A DNA stretch of 64,000 nt from an uncultured delta proteobacterium (lineage in GTDB: Bacteria; Desulfobacterota; Binatia; JACPRU01), in assembly GCA_963745025.1 (NCBI GenBank), contig CAVUWD010000011.1, forward strand, positions 256,001-320,000, read 5' to 3'. A program made the translations under genes and the position numbers. The notes beneath the pieces were generated by a model that saw nothing but the letters and a program-made list of their open reading frames with translations, was not told where the DNA came from and did no database searches. Numbering within the stretch: position 1 is the first letter of the stretch; each line of letters opens with the position of its first letter. Below are positions 48,395 through 59,280 of the stretch, piece by piece.

Positions 48395-49720
48395 ATGCTC
48401 GAGCAACCGGCTGCTGTAGGAGCGGCTGCCGGCCCGGCGCTCGAGGATGCGCCCGCCGGCTACTGGTCACGGCGTTGGATGCTGGTATCCGGCTGCTTCC
48501 TGTCGATCCTCGTCTGCTACATCGATCGCGTGAACATCTCCTACGCCATCCTGCCGATGTCGACGGAGTACGGCTGGGACAACGCGACGCAGGGCTGGGT
48601 GCTCTCGTCGTTCTTCATGGGTTACCTCGCGACACAGCTCCTCGGCGGCTGGTGGGCCGCGCGCATCGGCGGGCCGCGCGCTTCTCACGTTCGGGGTGCT
48701 CTGGTGGTCGGCGTTCACGCTGCTGACGCCGCTCGCGGCGTCGTTCTCGTTCGGCGCACTGATCGCCGCGCGCATCGGCATGGGCCTCGGCGAGGGCGTT
48801 GCGTTCCCCGCGATCTACCAGCTCTTCGGGCGTTGGATTCCGCTGCACGAGCGCGCGCGCGCAGCGGCGCTGAACGGCAGCGGGATCCCGCTCGGCACGG
48901 TCGCGGCGACGCTCGCTCACGCCCTGGCTGGTCGGAAGCTTACGGCTGGCCGTCGTGTTCTACGCCTTCGGCGCCGCTCGGCCTGGTCTGGTACGCCTTC
49001 TGGCACTTCTGCCTCGAGCGAGCGAGCCGAAGACGCACGCGGCATCCATCCGAGCGGAGCTCGCGCTAATCCGCGCGAACACCGCGCCGCACGATCGCGA
49101 AGCCGGTGGTGCCCTGGGCGAGGATCCTGCGCTCGACCGCGGTGTGGGCGCTCGTCTTCAACCACTTCTGCTCGAACTGGGGCTTCTACGTGATCCTCTC
49201 CTGGCTGCCGCGCTACTTCGCGGACGTGCACGGACTTGACCTGGTCGGGCGCCGGCTACGCGAGTCTCTTGCCGTGGCTCGTGATGTTCGCGATGACGAA
49301 CGTCGGCGCGCAGCTCGCCGACGGCCTGCTGCAAGCGCGGCCGCAGCGTGACGTTCGTGCGCAAGCTCATGCAGTCGATCGGCTTCCTCGGACTCCGCCG
49401 CCGCGCTGCTCGCGATCGGGCAGGTGCACACGGTGCCGCTGGCGATCGGGCTCATGTGCGTGTCGCTCGGTCTCGGCTCGTTCGCGCTCTCGGGCTTCGC
49501 GTCGAACCATCTCGACATCGCGCCGCGCTACGCGGGCGCGCTGATGGGCCTGTCGAACACGGCGGGCACTCTGCCCGGCGTGATCGGCGTGGCCGTGACC
49601 GGCTACATCCTCGACGCAACCGGCTCGTGGCCGCTGGTGTTCGGCATCGCTGCTGGCCTGTACGTCGCCGGCGGAATCGTGTGGCTGATGTTTTCGACTG
49701 GAGAGAGGCTTTTCGACTAA
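48395..49720 (+). CDS. MFS transporter, anion:cation symporter (ACS) family; many frameshifts
   Basis: CYIDRVNIS, SSFFMGY, GLGEGVAFP, NHLDIAPRYAG, SNTAGTLPG spread over several frames. Confidence 0.85.
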
Positions 49721-49853
49721 TCGCGTCATGGCGGACGTTTCGTCTTGCCAGCAGCCGGGACGGCGGCGTACAAGACGACGGCTCGAATGTCTTTGGAGCC
49801 CGTTGGCGTCTGATCCGAGTGCTGAATCCCGGCACACTCTGCGGAGGAGACCG

Positions 49854-50648
49854 ATGATCCGACTGAACTTCGCTCTGCATCGTCTCGCGAATCTCTCTCG
49901 CGCCGAGTTCCAGCGCTACTGGCGCGAGAAGCACGGGCCGCTCGTGGTCAGCGTCTCACGCGCGCTGCGCATGCGACGCTACATGCAATCGCACACCGTC
50001 GAGGATCCGCTCTACGACGGGCTACGCGCCGCGCGCACGGGCATGCACGCGCCCTTCGATGGAATCGCGAGCGTCTGGTTCGACTCGCGCGAGGACCTGG
50101 TTGCCGCGATGACGAGCGACGAGGGTCGCAAGGCCGGCGCGCTCCTGCTCGAGGACGAGCGGCGCTTCATCGATCTGTCCCGCTCGCCGCTCTGGGTCTG
50201 CCAGGAGATCGCGCAGATCAATCCGATGCCCGAGAACTCGATCGTCGCGTGGCCGAAGAGCTCGTGGATCAAGTTCTGCTACCTGCTCCAGCCCAAAGAG
50301 GGAATGAGCCAAGCCGCGTGCCACAAGACCTGGAACATGGAGCACGGCTACCTGATTCGCCGCCACAGCGGCGCCACGCGGTTTGCGCGCTATATCCAGA
50401 ACCACACGCTCGACGACGAGCTGAACGACCAGCTCCGCGCGTCGCGCGGTGCGCCGCCCGCATACGCGGGGCTCACCGAGGCCTGGTTCGACCGCTATGA
50501 CCTGGTGAAGATCCTCGGCGACCCCACGAGCGAGGGCGCGCAGGGATTCGCCGCGTTCCTCGAGGACGAGAAGCGCTTCGTCGACTTCACGCGCTCGTCG
50601 GTCTGGGCGACGAAGGAGCTCGTGTTCGTGGACGAAGGGACGATCTAG
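49854..50648 (+). CDS. Tandem EthD-domain protein
   Basis: EFQRYWREKHGPL...DERRFID and a second copy ending DEKRFVD. Confidence 0.88.
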   Translation: MIRLNFALHRLANLSRAEFQRYWREKHGPLVVSVSRALRMRRYMQSHTVEDPLYDGLRAARTGMHAPFDGIASVWFDSREDLVAAMTSDEGRKAGALLLEDERRFIDLSRSPLWVCQEIAQINPMPENSIVAWPKSSWIKFCYLLQPKEGMSQAACHKTWNMEHGYLIRRHSGATRFARYIQNHTLDDELNDQLRASRGAPPAYAGLTEAWFDRYDLVKILGDPTSEGAQGFAAFLEDEKRFVDFTRSSVWATKELVFVDEGTI

Positions 50649-50822
50649 GTCAATGGGTGCTGCACCGTCGGTGCGGGATGAGGTTTCGCGAGCCATTCGA
50701 AGCCACTGACGGCCGCCAGCAAGGCCTCTCAAGGGTTCCCTTCTGCTCTATTTTCTTTCGAGCACTTCGCGCTTAGCGCAGCTCATCCCCTGGCGACGAG
50801 ATGCATCGGCGAGTCGTCGCGG

Positions 50823-51221
50823 TTAGCCCACGACCGCGATGGCCTCGACTTCGATCAGGACACCCTCCAGGAAGAGCGCCTCCACGCCGACGAGGGTACT
50901 CGCCGGCGGATGTGCCGGCGACAGGTACTCGCTCCTCACCTCGCGGATGGCAGCGAGGTGTTGCGGGCGGTAGCCGACGACGTAGTAGGTCGTCTTGACC
51001 ACATCCTCGAAGCGTGCGCCCGCCGCCGCGAGTGACCGCTTCAGGTTCTCGAACACCTTCCTCGTCTGCTCGCGGAGGTCCCCTCGACCCACGAGCTCGC
51101 CCTTCTCGTCGAGCGGCACTTGGCCGGAAATGAAGATGGTCTTACCTCCGCTCACCTCGACGGCATGCGTGTATGCGGGCGACGCCGCCACCCCCGTTGG
51201 ATTCATGAACCGCTTCTCCAT
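50823..51221 (-). CDS. RidA family protein
   Basis: ISGQVP, PASTLVGV, IEVEAIA. Confidence 0.93.
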   Translation of the reverse strand: MEKRFMNPTGVAASPAYTHAVEVSGGKTIFISGQVPLDEKGELVGRGDLREQTRKVFENLKRSLAAAGARFEDVVKTTYYVVGYRPQHLAAIREVRSEYLSPAHPPASTLVGVEALFLEGVLIEVEAIAVVG

Positions 51222-51497
51222 GCTGCTTTCCCTCCGGCGCTACGGGCGGGCTCTTCGGCAAAGCTCGATTCCAGCCTTGACGTTCACCGCCTAGCCTGTG
51301 AGGTTCCGATCTACGGAATCGGTCGCGACGTGGCAAACGGACATGTACACCCGAATGCGACCTGACCGAGACCTTCGAGGCCCGTGGCGAGAAGCGCACG
51401 CCGCAGTTCGTCGCGTGCTGGCGATGCGCAAGCCGAAACCGCCTGGCGTGGCGCGCTCTCTCTTGATGGCCGCTCGCGAGAAGAGGTGAATTTTCCG

Positions 51498-52931
51498 GTG
51501 GCGACGGCCGATTCGAGCACGATGCTCGAGACGACGCTTTCGCGCGTCCTGCGCGAGCGCATACGGGGCTTTCGGTCGCTTCGCTCCTGCGAGCGGCTTT
51601 CCGGCGGCGCCAGTCAGGAAACGTACCGGCTCGTCCTCGAAACCGAGGAGGCGGAGCGACGGCTGGCGATGCGGCGCGCCCCGGGCGGCGCGAAGCGGCA
51701 AGTTCCGGCAGCGGGGCCGGAGCTCGCTGTCGAGGCCAGGCTCTTCGAGGCGGCTGGCGCGGCGGGGGTGCCGGAGCCCGAGATCCTTTACGTGTTCGAG
51801 GAGCGCGACGGGCTCGGTGCGGGCTTCCTCATGGAGTGGCTCGAGGGCGAGACGCTCGGCGCCCGCATCGTACGCGGCGAGGAGTTCCAGGCGATCCGGC
51901 CGAAGCTAGCCCGGCAGTGCGGGGAGGTGCTCGCGCGGATCCACGGGCTCGACGTCCGAAAGGCCGGCCTGGCCGAGGCTTTGCGCATCCGCACTCCTGA
52001 AGAGCTCGTGCACGAGAGCTGGGACCTCTACAAGGCCTACGAGACGCCGCAGCCGATGATCGACTTCTCGGCCCGCTGGCTGCTCGAAAACCTGCCGCCG
52101 CCCTCTCCGCCCCGTCTCGTCCACGGCGACTTCCGGAACGGCAACCTGATGATCTCTCCGGAGCGCGGCATCGCCGCCGTCCTCGACTGGGAGCTCGCGC
52201 ACCTCGGCGATCCGATCCGCGACCTCGGCTGGCTGTGTACGAACTCGTGGCGCTACGGGCGGAGCGATCTCCCGGTCGGCGGCTTCGGGATGCTGGAGGA
52301 CCTTCTCGACGGCTACGCGTCGGTATCGGGAGAGCGAATCGAACCCTCGCATGTCAAGTTCTGGATCGTCTTCGGCTCCTTCTGGTGGTCCGTTGGCACG
52401 TTGTCGATGACGCAGGTCTACCGGATCGGCCCCGATCGTTCGGTCGAGCGCGCCGCGATCGGCCGTCGCTCGTCGGAGTGTCAAGTCGACTGCACGAACC
52501 TCTTGATTCCCGGTCCCCTCCAGTCGCTCGAGCGCGAGTCGAAGCCGTCGTCGCTCGACATGCCGCGGGCGGACGAGCTCCTGACGAGCGTTCGCGACTT
52601 TCTCCGCAACGACGTAATGAACGCGATGCGCGGGCGGACAAGCTTCCTTGCGCGCGTCGCTTCGAACTCGCTCGACATCGTGCTCCGCGAGCTCGAGCTC
52701 GGGCCTGCCCATCGCACCCGCGAGCGCGACGGCCTCGAACGGATTCTCGGCCGGTCGGATGATCTCGAGGTGCTGCGATGGGAGCTCGTGCGGGCGCTTC
52801 GGGACGGGTCGATGCCCCTCGATCGTCCCGGGCTCGCCGATCACCTGCGCCAGACGGTCGTCACCCAGGTCGCGATCGACCAGCCGCGATACTCGGGGTA
52901 CCTCGCCGCGCTGCGGGATTCCGGCGGGTAG
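51498..52931 (+). CDS. APH-family phosphotransferase with a C-terminal DUF6285-like domain
   Basis: SGGASQET, HGDFRNGN, LDWELAHLGDP, AIDQPRY. Confidence 0.9.
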   Translation: MATADSSTMLETTLSRVLRERIRGFRSLRSCERLSGGASQETYRLVLETEEAERRLAMRRAPGGAKRQVPAAGPELAVEARLFEAAGAAGVPEPEILYVFEERDGLGAGFLMEWLEGETLGARIVRGEEFQAIRPKLARQCGEVLARIHGLDVRKAGLAEALRIRTPEELVHESWDLYKAYETPQPMIDFSARWLLENLPPPSPPRLVHGDFRNGNLMISPERGIAAVLDWELAHLGDPIRDLGWLCTNSWRYGRSDLPVGGFGMLEDLLDGYASVSGERIEPSHVKFWIVFGSFWWSVGTLSMTQVYRIGPDRSVERAAIGRRSSECQVDCTNLLIPGPLQSLERESKPSSLDMPRADELLTSVRDFLRNDVMNAMRGRTSFLARVASNSLDIVLRELELGPAHRTRERDGLERILGRSDDLEVLRWELVRALRDGSMPLDRPGLADHLRQTVVTQVAIDQPRYSGYLAALRDSGG

Positions 52932-53154
52932 CGAAGCGTTGCTGCCTGGGCTTCAGCCGAGAACGTCGAAACCCATCGCGCGAGCGGCAATTGCCAGTTC
53001 TCGATCGTGGGTCGCGAAGAAGATCGGGGAGCTCGCCGCCGGATCCGTGCTCGATCGATCGTGCCCAGACATTCGAATCGCACCAGATCGCTCGCGATGG
53101 GGCAGAGCGCTACTCCACCCGCAAGCTGCCTTTGGTCGCGGCGGCGGCCGACCG

Positions 53155-54909
53155 CTACCAGCCGATCGCGTACGACGGCAGCCGCCGGCTGACCTCGCCG
53201 CGCGGATCGGCGCCGGCGCGGACGCACCCGCGCTCCTCATCGACGACGATCGAGAGCACGTCGCCGGCAACCCAATCGCCCTCCACCTCGAGGAGGTGTC
53301 CGCGCGCGGTGAGCCCGGCGCGCACCGTCTCGGGCACGCGGCCTTCCACGCGGAGGCCGCCCGGTATCGCGCCGTGCGGGTAGAAGCTCGACGGGAAGTG
53401 CACTGACGAGAAGCGCGCCGCCTCGATCGCGTCCTGCACGTCCATGCCGAACTCGACGAGGTTGAAAAACACCTGCAGCGTCCACTGATCCTGCTGATCG
53501 CCGCCCTGCGTGCCGAAGATCATCGCCGGGGCGCCGCTCTGCAGCACGAGAGTCGGCGTGAGCGTCGTGCGGGGGCGCTTGCCGGGCATGAGAGCGTTCG
53601 GATGCCGGGGATCGAGATAGAAAGTCTGTAGGCGCGTACCGAGCGGGAAGCCGAGCTCGTCGATCACGGGCGAAGCGGAGATCCAGGCGCCGCTCGGCGT
53701 GAACGAGGCCATGTTGCGCGCGCCGTCCACCACCGCAACGTACACCGTGCCACGTCCCCAGTTCCGCGCCGCGAAGATCTCTTCACCTTCGAGGAGCGCG
53801 GCGCCGCGGCGCGGGTCGCCCGGACGCTGCTCGAGCGAGGCGCGCCGACGGTCGATGAGGGCGCGGCGCGCGGCCGCATAGCTGTCGGAAAGCAGTCCCG
53901 CGAGCGGCACGTCGACGAAGTGGGGATCGCCGTAGTATTGCTCACGGTCCGCGAAGGCGAGCTTCGCAGCCTCGGCGATGACATGAATGTAGTCCGCGCT
54001 ATTGTGCCCGAAAGCGCGGAGCTCGAAGCCGCTGAGGAGCATGAGCTGCTGCAGGAAGACGGGCCCCTGGCTCCAGGGTCCGCACTTGTGGACGGTGTAG
54101 CCGCGATAGTCGAGCGATACGGTCGGCTCGATCGCGCTCCGGTACTCGTGCAGATCCTCACGCCTGAGCAGCCCACCGTGAGCGACGGCGTGCGCGGCGA
54201 TGATGTCGGCGATCTCGCCCCGATAGAAGGCGTCGATTGCTGCGGCGATGCCGTCCGTGCGGCCGTGCCCACGAGCACGCTCCTCGGCGGCGATGAGACG
54301 GCGGAACGTGCGAGCGAGATTGGGGTTTCGCATCCGCTCGCCGATCTCGGGCAGGCGCCCGCCGGGAAGATAGACCGCGGCCGACGAAGGCCAGGTCGTA
54401 CGAAAGAGATTGGCGCTGGCGGCGAGAGAGAAGTCACCGAGGGGATGTGCAGGCGCCGGACCCCGGAGCGCGGGATGAAGCGGGAATCCCTCCTCGGCGA
54501 GCTCGAGGGCCGGCGTGACGACCTCTGCGAAGCTTCGAGTTCCGAAGCGGGCCAGGACTGTCAGGAGCGCGTGCGGTACCGCGGGCGGACCCGCGGCGAG
54601 CACGCCTGCCAAAGGAATGAGGTCGATCTCGTGTGCCTTGAACCACTCGATCGTGGCGGCCCGTGGCGCGACTGTGTCGCCGTTGACGGCGAACACCGAG
54701 CGCTCCGAAGCGACGTAACCGAGCGCGGAGAGCTCTCCGCCGAGGGTATGCATGTGCGGGTTGAGGACGCCTTCCGCGAGCGTCGCTGCGATTGCGGCGT
54801 CGAAGGCGTTTCCGCCAGCGTGGAGGATGCGCAGGCCGGCCTCGGCCGAAAGGTAGTGCTCCGTCACCACCATGCCGCGGGTGCCCATCAGCGTCGGTCG
54901 CTGTGGCAT
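53155..54909 (-). CDS. ggt: Gamma-glutamyltransferase family protein
   Basis: GGNAFDAA, AFADRE, GT nucleophile, PGKRPRTTL, GTQGG, GADPR. Confidence 0.92.
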   Translation of the reverse strand: MPQRPTLMGTRGMVVTEHYLSAEAGLRILHAGGNAFDAAIAATLAEGVLNPHMHTLGGELSALGYVASERSVFAVNGDTVAPRAATIEWFKAHEIDLIPLAGVLAAGPPAVPHALLTVLARFGTRSFAEVVTPALELAEEGFPLHPALRGPAPAHPLGDFSLAASANLFRTTWPSSAAVYLPGGRLPEIGERMRNPNLARTFRRLIAAEERARGHGRTDGIAAAIDAFYRGEIADIIAAHAVAHGGLLRREDLHEYRSAIEPTVSLDYRGYTVHKCGPWSQGPVFLQQLMLLSGFELRAFGHNSADYIHVIAEAAKLAFADREQYYGDPHFVDVPLAGLLSDSYAAARRALIDRRRASLEQRPGDPRRGAALLEGEEIFAARNWGRGTVYVAVVDGARNMASFTPSGAWISASPVIDELGFPLGTRLQTFYLDPRHPNALMPGKRPRTTLTPTLVLQSGAPAMIFGTQGGDQQDQWTLQVFFNLVEFGMDVQDAIEAARFSSVHFPSSFYPHGAIPGGLRVEGRVPETVRAGLTARGHLLEVEGDWVAGDVLSIVVDEERGCVRAGADPRGEVSRRLPSYAIGW

Positions 54910-55089
54910 GAGATCCCCGTCTAGTCGAGAAGCGCGGAGCGATCCAGGAGAAGAGGATCGCCGACTCGTTCGCCACGTGACCGCTCGTGCTCGAGATCGG
55001 CATGCACACGTGGCCCGGGGAGCTTCCGCCATCTATTTTAGCTCCAGGCTCGGGTTGCATCGAGGCGGCTCCGGTGTGAGCATCCGCGC

Positions 55090-55503
55090 ATGCCGACCTC
55101 GCTCCCTGACGACGTCAAGGCGCTCCTCGACGGTCCGAACTTCGCCCATCTCGCAACGCTCCGGAAGAACGGCGCGCCGCAGGTCGACCCCGTCTGGGTG
55201 GGCCGCGAGGGAAATCGCGTTCTCGTCGGCACGGGCGAAGGGACGGTCAAGGCCAAGAACTCGCGACGCGATCCGCGCGTCGGCCTCTCGATCATCGGCT
55301 TCCGCAATCCCTACGATGAGGCGATGATCCGCGGGCGCATCGTCGAGAGGCGGCCCGATCCTGATCTCGCGGTGATGGACGAGATCTCCCGAAAGTACAC
55401 GGGGAAGGAGTTCCCGTGGCGGAACCGCGAGGGCCGCGTCGTGCTCGTGATCGAGCCCGAGCACGTGACGGTTCGGAAGCTGCCGTTCGATCCTCCAGCG
55501 TAA
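55090..55503 (+). CDS. PPOX-class F420-dependent oxidoreductase
   Basis: FAHLATL, PQVDPVW, KAKNSRRDPRV. Confidence 0.9.
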   Translation: MPTSLPDDVKALLDGPNFAHLATLRKNGAPQVDPVWVGREGNRVLVGTGEGTVKAKNSRRDPRVGLSIIGFRNPYDEAMIRGRIVERRPDPDLAVMDEISRKYTGKEFPWRNREGRVVLVIEPEHVTVRKLPFDPPA

Positions 55504-55704
55504 CGCGCGTCGGGGGGCGGAGCCCGCGCGGATAGCCCCGCATGGAGGTCGCGGCGTGCGTGATGATCTCTGGTAGAGACCGGAAATCCGCAAAGTGGAA
55601 CACGGCAGGTGTGAAGGCTAGGCACTGCGTCCGGGCGTCCCCGACCGCCGCCGCTGTACTGCACCCGAGCCGCTCTGCGATGATCGCCTGTCAAGGAGAC
55701 CGAG

Positions 55705-56538
55705 ATGGCCTACGACGGATACGAATGCCTGAAGATCCGGTTCGATCGTGGCGTGGCCTTCGTCACGATCGATCACCCGCCGATCAACCTGCTCGACCTG
55801 GCGCTGATCAACGACCTCGATCGCGTCGGACGCGAGATCGAAGCCGACCGTGACGTCCGCGTCGCCGTCTTCGAGAGCGCCGATCGGGACTTCTTCATCG
55901 CGCACGCGGACGTGAACCTGATCCTCTCGCTCCCAACCGAGCCACCCGCGAAATCGGACAAGCTCGGGCCGTTTCACCAGATGGTCGATCGCTTCCGGAC
56001 GATGCCGAAGGCAACGATCGGCAAGATCGAGGGGCGAGCCCGTGGCGGCGGCAGCGAGTTCCTGCTCTCGCTCGACATGCGCTTCGGGGCAATCGGGCGC
56101 GCCGTGCTGAGCCAGCCGGAAGTCTCGGTGGGCATCATCCCCGGCGGAAGCGGCACGCAGCGGCTGCCGCGGCTCATCGGTCGCGGCCGCGCGCTCGAGG
56201 TGATCCTCGGGTGCGAGGATTTCACCGCCGAGCTCGCGGAACGCTACGGCTACATCAACCGCGCCCTGCCCCCCGCCGAGCTCGGCCCCTTCGTCGAGCA
56301 ACTCGCCTACCGCATCGCGTCTTTCCCGCCAGAAGGGATCGCGCTCGCCAAGGCCGCCGTGAATGCGGCCGAGCGACCGACCGTAGAGGGTCTCCTCGAG
56401 GAGGCCCACCTCTTTCTCCAGTCCGCGGCGACGGAGAACGCTCGCGGGCGCATGAGGCGGTTCCTCGAGCAGGGCGGTCAGACCCGAGAACGGGAGCTCT
56501 CGCTCGGCGAAGTGGTCGCGCGGATGGGTCGCGCGTAG
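55705..56538 (+). CDS. Enoyl-CoA hydratase/isomerase
   Basis: FFIAHAD, ARGGGSE, QPEV...PGGSGTQRL. Confidence 0.92.
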   Translation: MAYDGYECLKIRFDRGVAFVTIDHPPINLLDLALINDLDRVGREIEADRDVRVAVFESADRDFFIAHADVNLILSLPTEPPAKSDKLGPFHQMVDRFRTMPKATIGKIEGRARGGGSEFLLSLDMRFGAIGRAVLSQPEVSVGIIPGGSGTQRLPRLIGRGRALEVILGCEDFTAELAERYGYINRALPPAELGPFVEQLAYRIASFPPEGIALAKAAVNAAERPTVEGLLEEAHLFLQSAATENARGRMRRFLEQGGQTRERELSLGEVVARMGRA

Positions 56539-56693
56539 CGCCGCGATCCGGCGAAGCGGGTTGCCGTGATTCGGTCGCCTGGATCGTCCGAAGTCTTGCG
56601 AAGTCGCTTGGAGGCCGTGGTCGCCACGCTTTCTTCCGGCCGCGAAGAGCTGCTCTTTGCGAGCGGCGCGGCGCAACCCAACATCGATCACCC

Positions 56694-56813
56694 GCTCTCG
56701 CAGAGATCTTGAAGGTGCCGTTCTGGACGGCTGATCGCCCGCTCCACCGCGTCGTCCATCACGAGCTTCGTTGGGCGCGGCTGCTCCACACGCCCACTCG
56801 CGCGCGCCGTTGA
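56694..56813 (+). pseudogene. C-terminal relic of a VapC/PIN toxin
   Basis: ALAEILKVPFWTADRPLHRVV. Confidence 0.55.
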
Positions 56814-56891
56814 AAATGATACTAGACGAGGAGAAGATTCGCGCGAGGGTGGAACCATGCGATTTAAGCCGCTCCGCGAAAGGAGGTCTCC

Positions 56892-57977
56892 ATGCGCTTT
56901 GGTATCGTCGGTCCCGCCACGCCGGACATGCCCGCGTATTGCGCCGCCGCGGAATCGCTGGGCTTCGACGCCGGCTGGCTCTTCGATTCGCACATGGTCT
57001 ATTCCGACGTCTACGTCATCATGGCGCTCTGCGCCCAGCAGACCCGCCTGATGACGCTCGGTACCGGCGTCGCGGTAGCGCCCTCTCGCATCGCGCCCGT
57101 CACCGCCCACTCGATCGCGACCCTGAACCGGCTCTTCCCGGGCCGGATGGTCCTCGGGCTCGGAACCGGGAATACCGGCCGAAGGACGATGGGCTTCCCG
57201 CCGATGTCGTTTCGCGATTTTCGAGATTACGCGCGCACCGTGAAGGGGCTCCTGAGAGGCGAGACGGTCGAGTACCGCGAGGGCGACACCGTTCGGCCGA
57301 TCCGCCTCATGCACCCCGATCGCGGCGTGATCGACCTCGACGGGCCGATCCCCCTTCTCCTCGGTGCGTTCGGGCCTAAGGCGATGGAGCTGACGGGCGA
57401 GGTCGGCGACGGCTGGATTACCTTCTGGGGCGGCCCCGACGACGTCCGGGCCGCGCGCAAGGTGATCGACCGGGGAGCCGCGAAGGCTGGAAGAGATCTC
57501 GCCGCCGACGGCTTCCGCACCGTGTGCTTTCACAACGTCTACGTCACCCGACCGGGCGAGCGCGTCGACTCCGAGCAGGCGCGGATGGCCGTCGGACCGT
57601 CGATCTTCTCGGCGCTGCGCTACCAGATTCATGCGGGCAGCCTCGCGGTCGATGCCGCGGGCAAGCCGATCGGCGTCCCGGAGATGCTGGCGCGACCGAT
57701 CGAGCGCTTTCTCCGCTGGATGAAGAAAGAAGGAATCGACCCGGACCGCGACTACGCACGATTCTACGAGAACTACTTCCTCAGGCTGCGCAAAGAGCAT
57801 CTCGAGCTCCTCGACACGGATGTGATGCGCACGATCCCCATCGTCGGCCCGCCCGAGGAGTGCGTGGAGCGAGTGCGCCAGTTCGCGGACGCTGGCGTCA
57901 CTGACTTCGGCATCGTCCTTGGCGGAAACGCGCACGAGCTCATGTCTCGCTTCTCGCGCGCGGTGATTCGACGTTGA
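56892..57977 (+). CDS. LLM-class (Mer-like) oxidoreductase
   Basis: WLFDSH, LGTGV, GLGTG, GAFGPKAMELTGEVGDG. Confidence 0.9.
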   Translation: MRFGIVGPATPDMPAYCAAAESLGFDAGWLFDSHMVYSDVYVIMALCAQQTRLMTLGTGVAVAPSRIAPVTAHSIATLNRLFPGRMVLGLGTGNTGRRTMGFPPMSFRDFRDYARTVKGLLRGETVEYREGDTVRPIRLMHPDRGVIDLDGPIPLLLGAFGPKAMELTGEVGDGWITFWGGPDDVRAARKVIDRGAAKAGRDLAADGFRTVCFHNVYVTRPGERVDSEQARMAVGPSIFSALRYQIHAGSLAVDAAGKPIGVPEMLARPIERFLRWMKKEGIDPDRDYARFYENYFLRLRKEHLELLDTDVMRTIPIVGPPEECVERVRQFADAGVTDFGIVLGGNAHELMSRFSRAVIRR

Positions 57978-58099
57978 AAGGTCTGGCCGGCGGCTCGAGT
58001 CGTTTTCCGCTTCGCGAGCTTGCTTGCCGGCATCGACGGGACTAGGTTAGCTTTCCTTTGGTGGCGATCCGCAGGTCGCCGGTAGGAAGGAGGGCGAGC

Positions 58100-58431
58100 T
58101 CATTTACTGCCGGGTATTTCAAGGTAACGCGCTCCCGGGAAAAGCCGCCGAGGCTCTCGCGGTCATCCGCCAGCAGGTTGATCTCGTGCGGCGCACGACC
58201 GGAATGCTTCTCGTGCAGGTTCTGCAAGGCGACGGCGAGATCCTGATCATCAGCTCTTGGCGCAGCGCCAAGGACCTGCGCGCGTATGCCGAGAGTGCAC
58301 TCGCAACCGACTTCGTTGCTCGTCTCACGCCGCTTCTGGTGGCGCCGCCTTCGGTGAGAAGCCTGGCGATCACGATTGCGGTCGAAGGAAGCGAGCCCTT
58401 TCTCCTGCACGACGAGGGCGGCGAAGGCTAG
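58100..58431 (+). CDS. Antibiotic-biosynthesis-monooxygenase-like small protein; 5' end damaged or uncertain
   Basis: ILIISSWRSAKDLRAYAES pattern. Confidence 0.5.
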
Positions 58432-58698
58432 CTCGGCAGCCTACGCGGCCGGAGCCGGGATCGCGACCGACGGGAGCGATCTGTGACGCAACCTCCTAGG
58501 CGGCGCGAGGGCCTCGTTCGGAATCACCCTTCTTCGGTTCGTGGCTCTCGACGCCGGGCTTCACCTCGGCTTTTGAGAATGCGGGACGGTTGGGGGGCTA
58601 GGCGGCGCGGGCTGACGCCGTCTCTCAACTCCTCGGTCGTTGAAACACGGCACCGAAGCTGACACTAAGTCGTGAGCTCTTTTGCCGGGAGGTGAATC

Positions 58699-59133
58699 AT
58701 GGGTAAGGAAGCAACGTGCTCGGGCAGCTGCTTTTGCGGAGCAGTGCAGCTCACAGTGAGCGGCGAGCCGGTGGCGATGGGCTACTGCCACTGCAGATCG
58801 TGCCGTCACTGGTCGGCAGGGCCCGTCAACGCCTTCTCATTGTGGAAGCCCGACGCCGTGAAGATCACACGGGGCGCCGACAACATCGGCGTGTACGCCA
58901 AAACGCCGCAGAGCCAGCGCAAGTGGTGCAAGAGTTGCGGCGGCCACGTCTTCACCGATCATCCGTCGATGGGGCTCATCGACGTGTACGCAGCCGTCAT
59001 TCCGGATCTCGCCTTCAAGCCGGCCGTGCACGTTCACTATCAGGAGGCGGTGCTGCGCGTGAAGGACGGGCTTCCGAAGATGAAGGACGTTCCGAAAGAG
59101 ATGGGCGGCTCGGGCCAGACCCTGCCCGAGTAG
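58699..59133 (+). CDS. GFA (CENP-V) family Zn protein
   Basis: GSCFCG, CHCRSCR, CKSCG. Confidence 0.93.
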   Translation: MGKEATCSGSCFCGAVQLTVSGEPVAMGYCHCRSCRHWSAGPVNAFSLWKPDAVKITRGADNIGVYAKTPQSQRKWCKSCGGHVFTDHPSMGLIDVYAAVIPDLAFKPAVHVHYQEAVLRVKDGLPKMKDVPKEMGGSGQTLPE

Positions 59134-59147
59134 CGCGGGCTCTGGCG

Positions 59148-59270
59148 ATGGGCTTGCCCGGATCGAGCCGCCTCGCCTTCACTGCCGACTTGGAGATCTG
59201 CCGCCTGCTCGCGGGCATGTGGCAGGTCTCGGGCGCGCACGGTCGGATCGACCGCGAGCGCGCCCGGCAG
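59148..59270 (+). pseudogene. N-terminal relic of an aldo/keto reductase
   Basis: FTADLEICRLLAGMWQVSGAHGRID, cut off by the convergent gene. Confidence 0.65.
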
Positions 59271-59280
59271 GTCGCATCCC

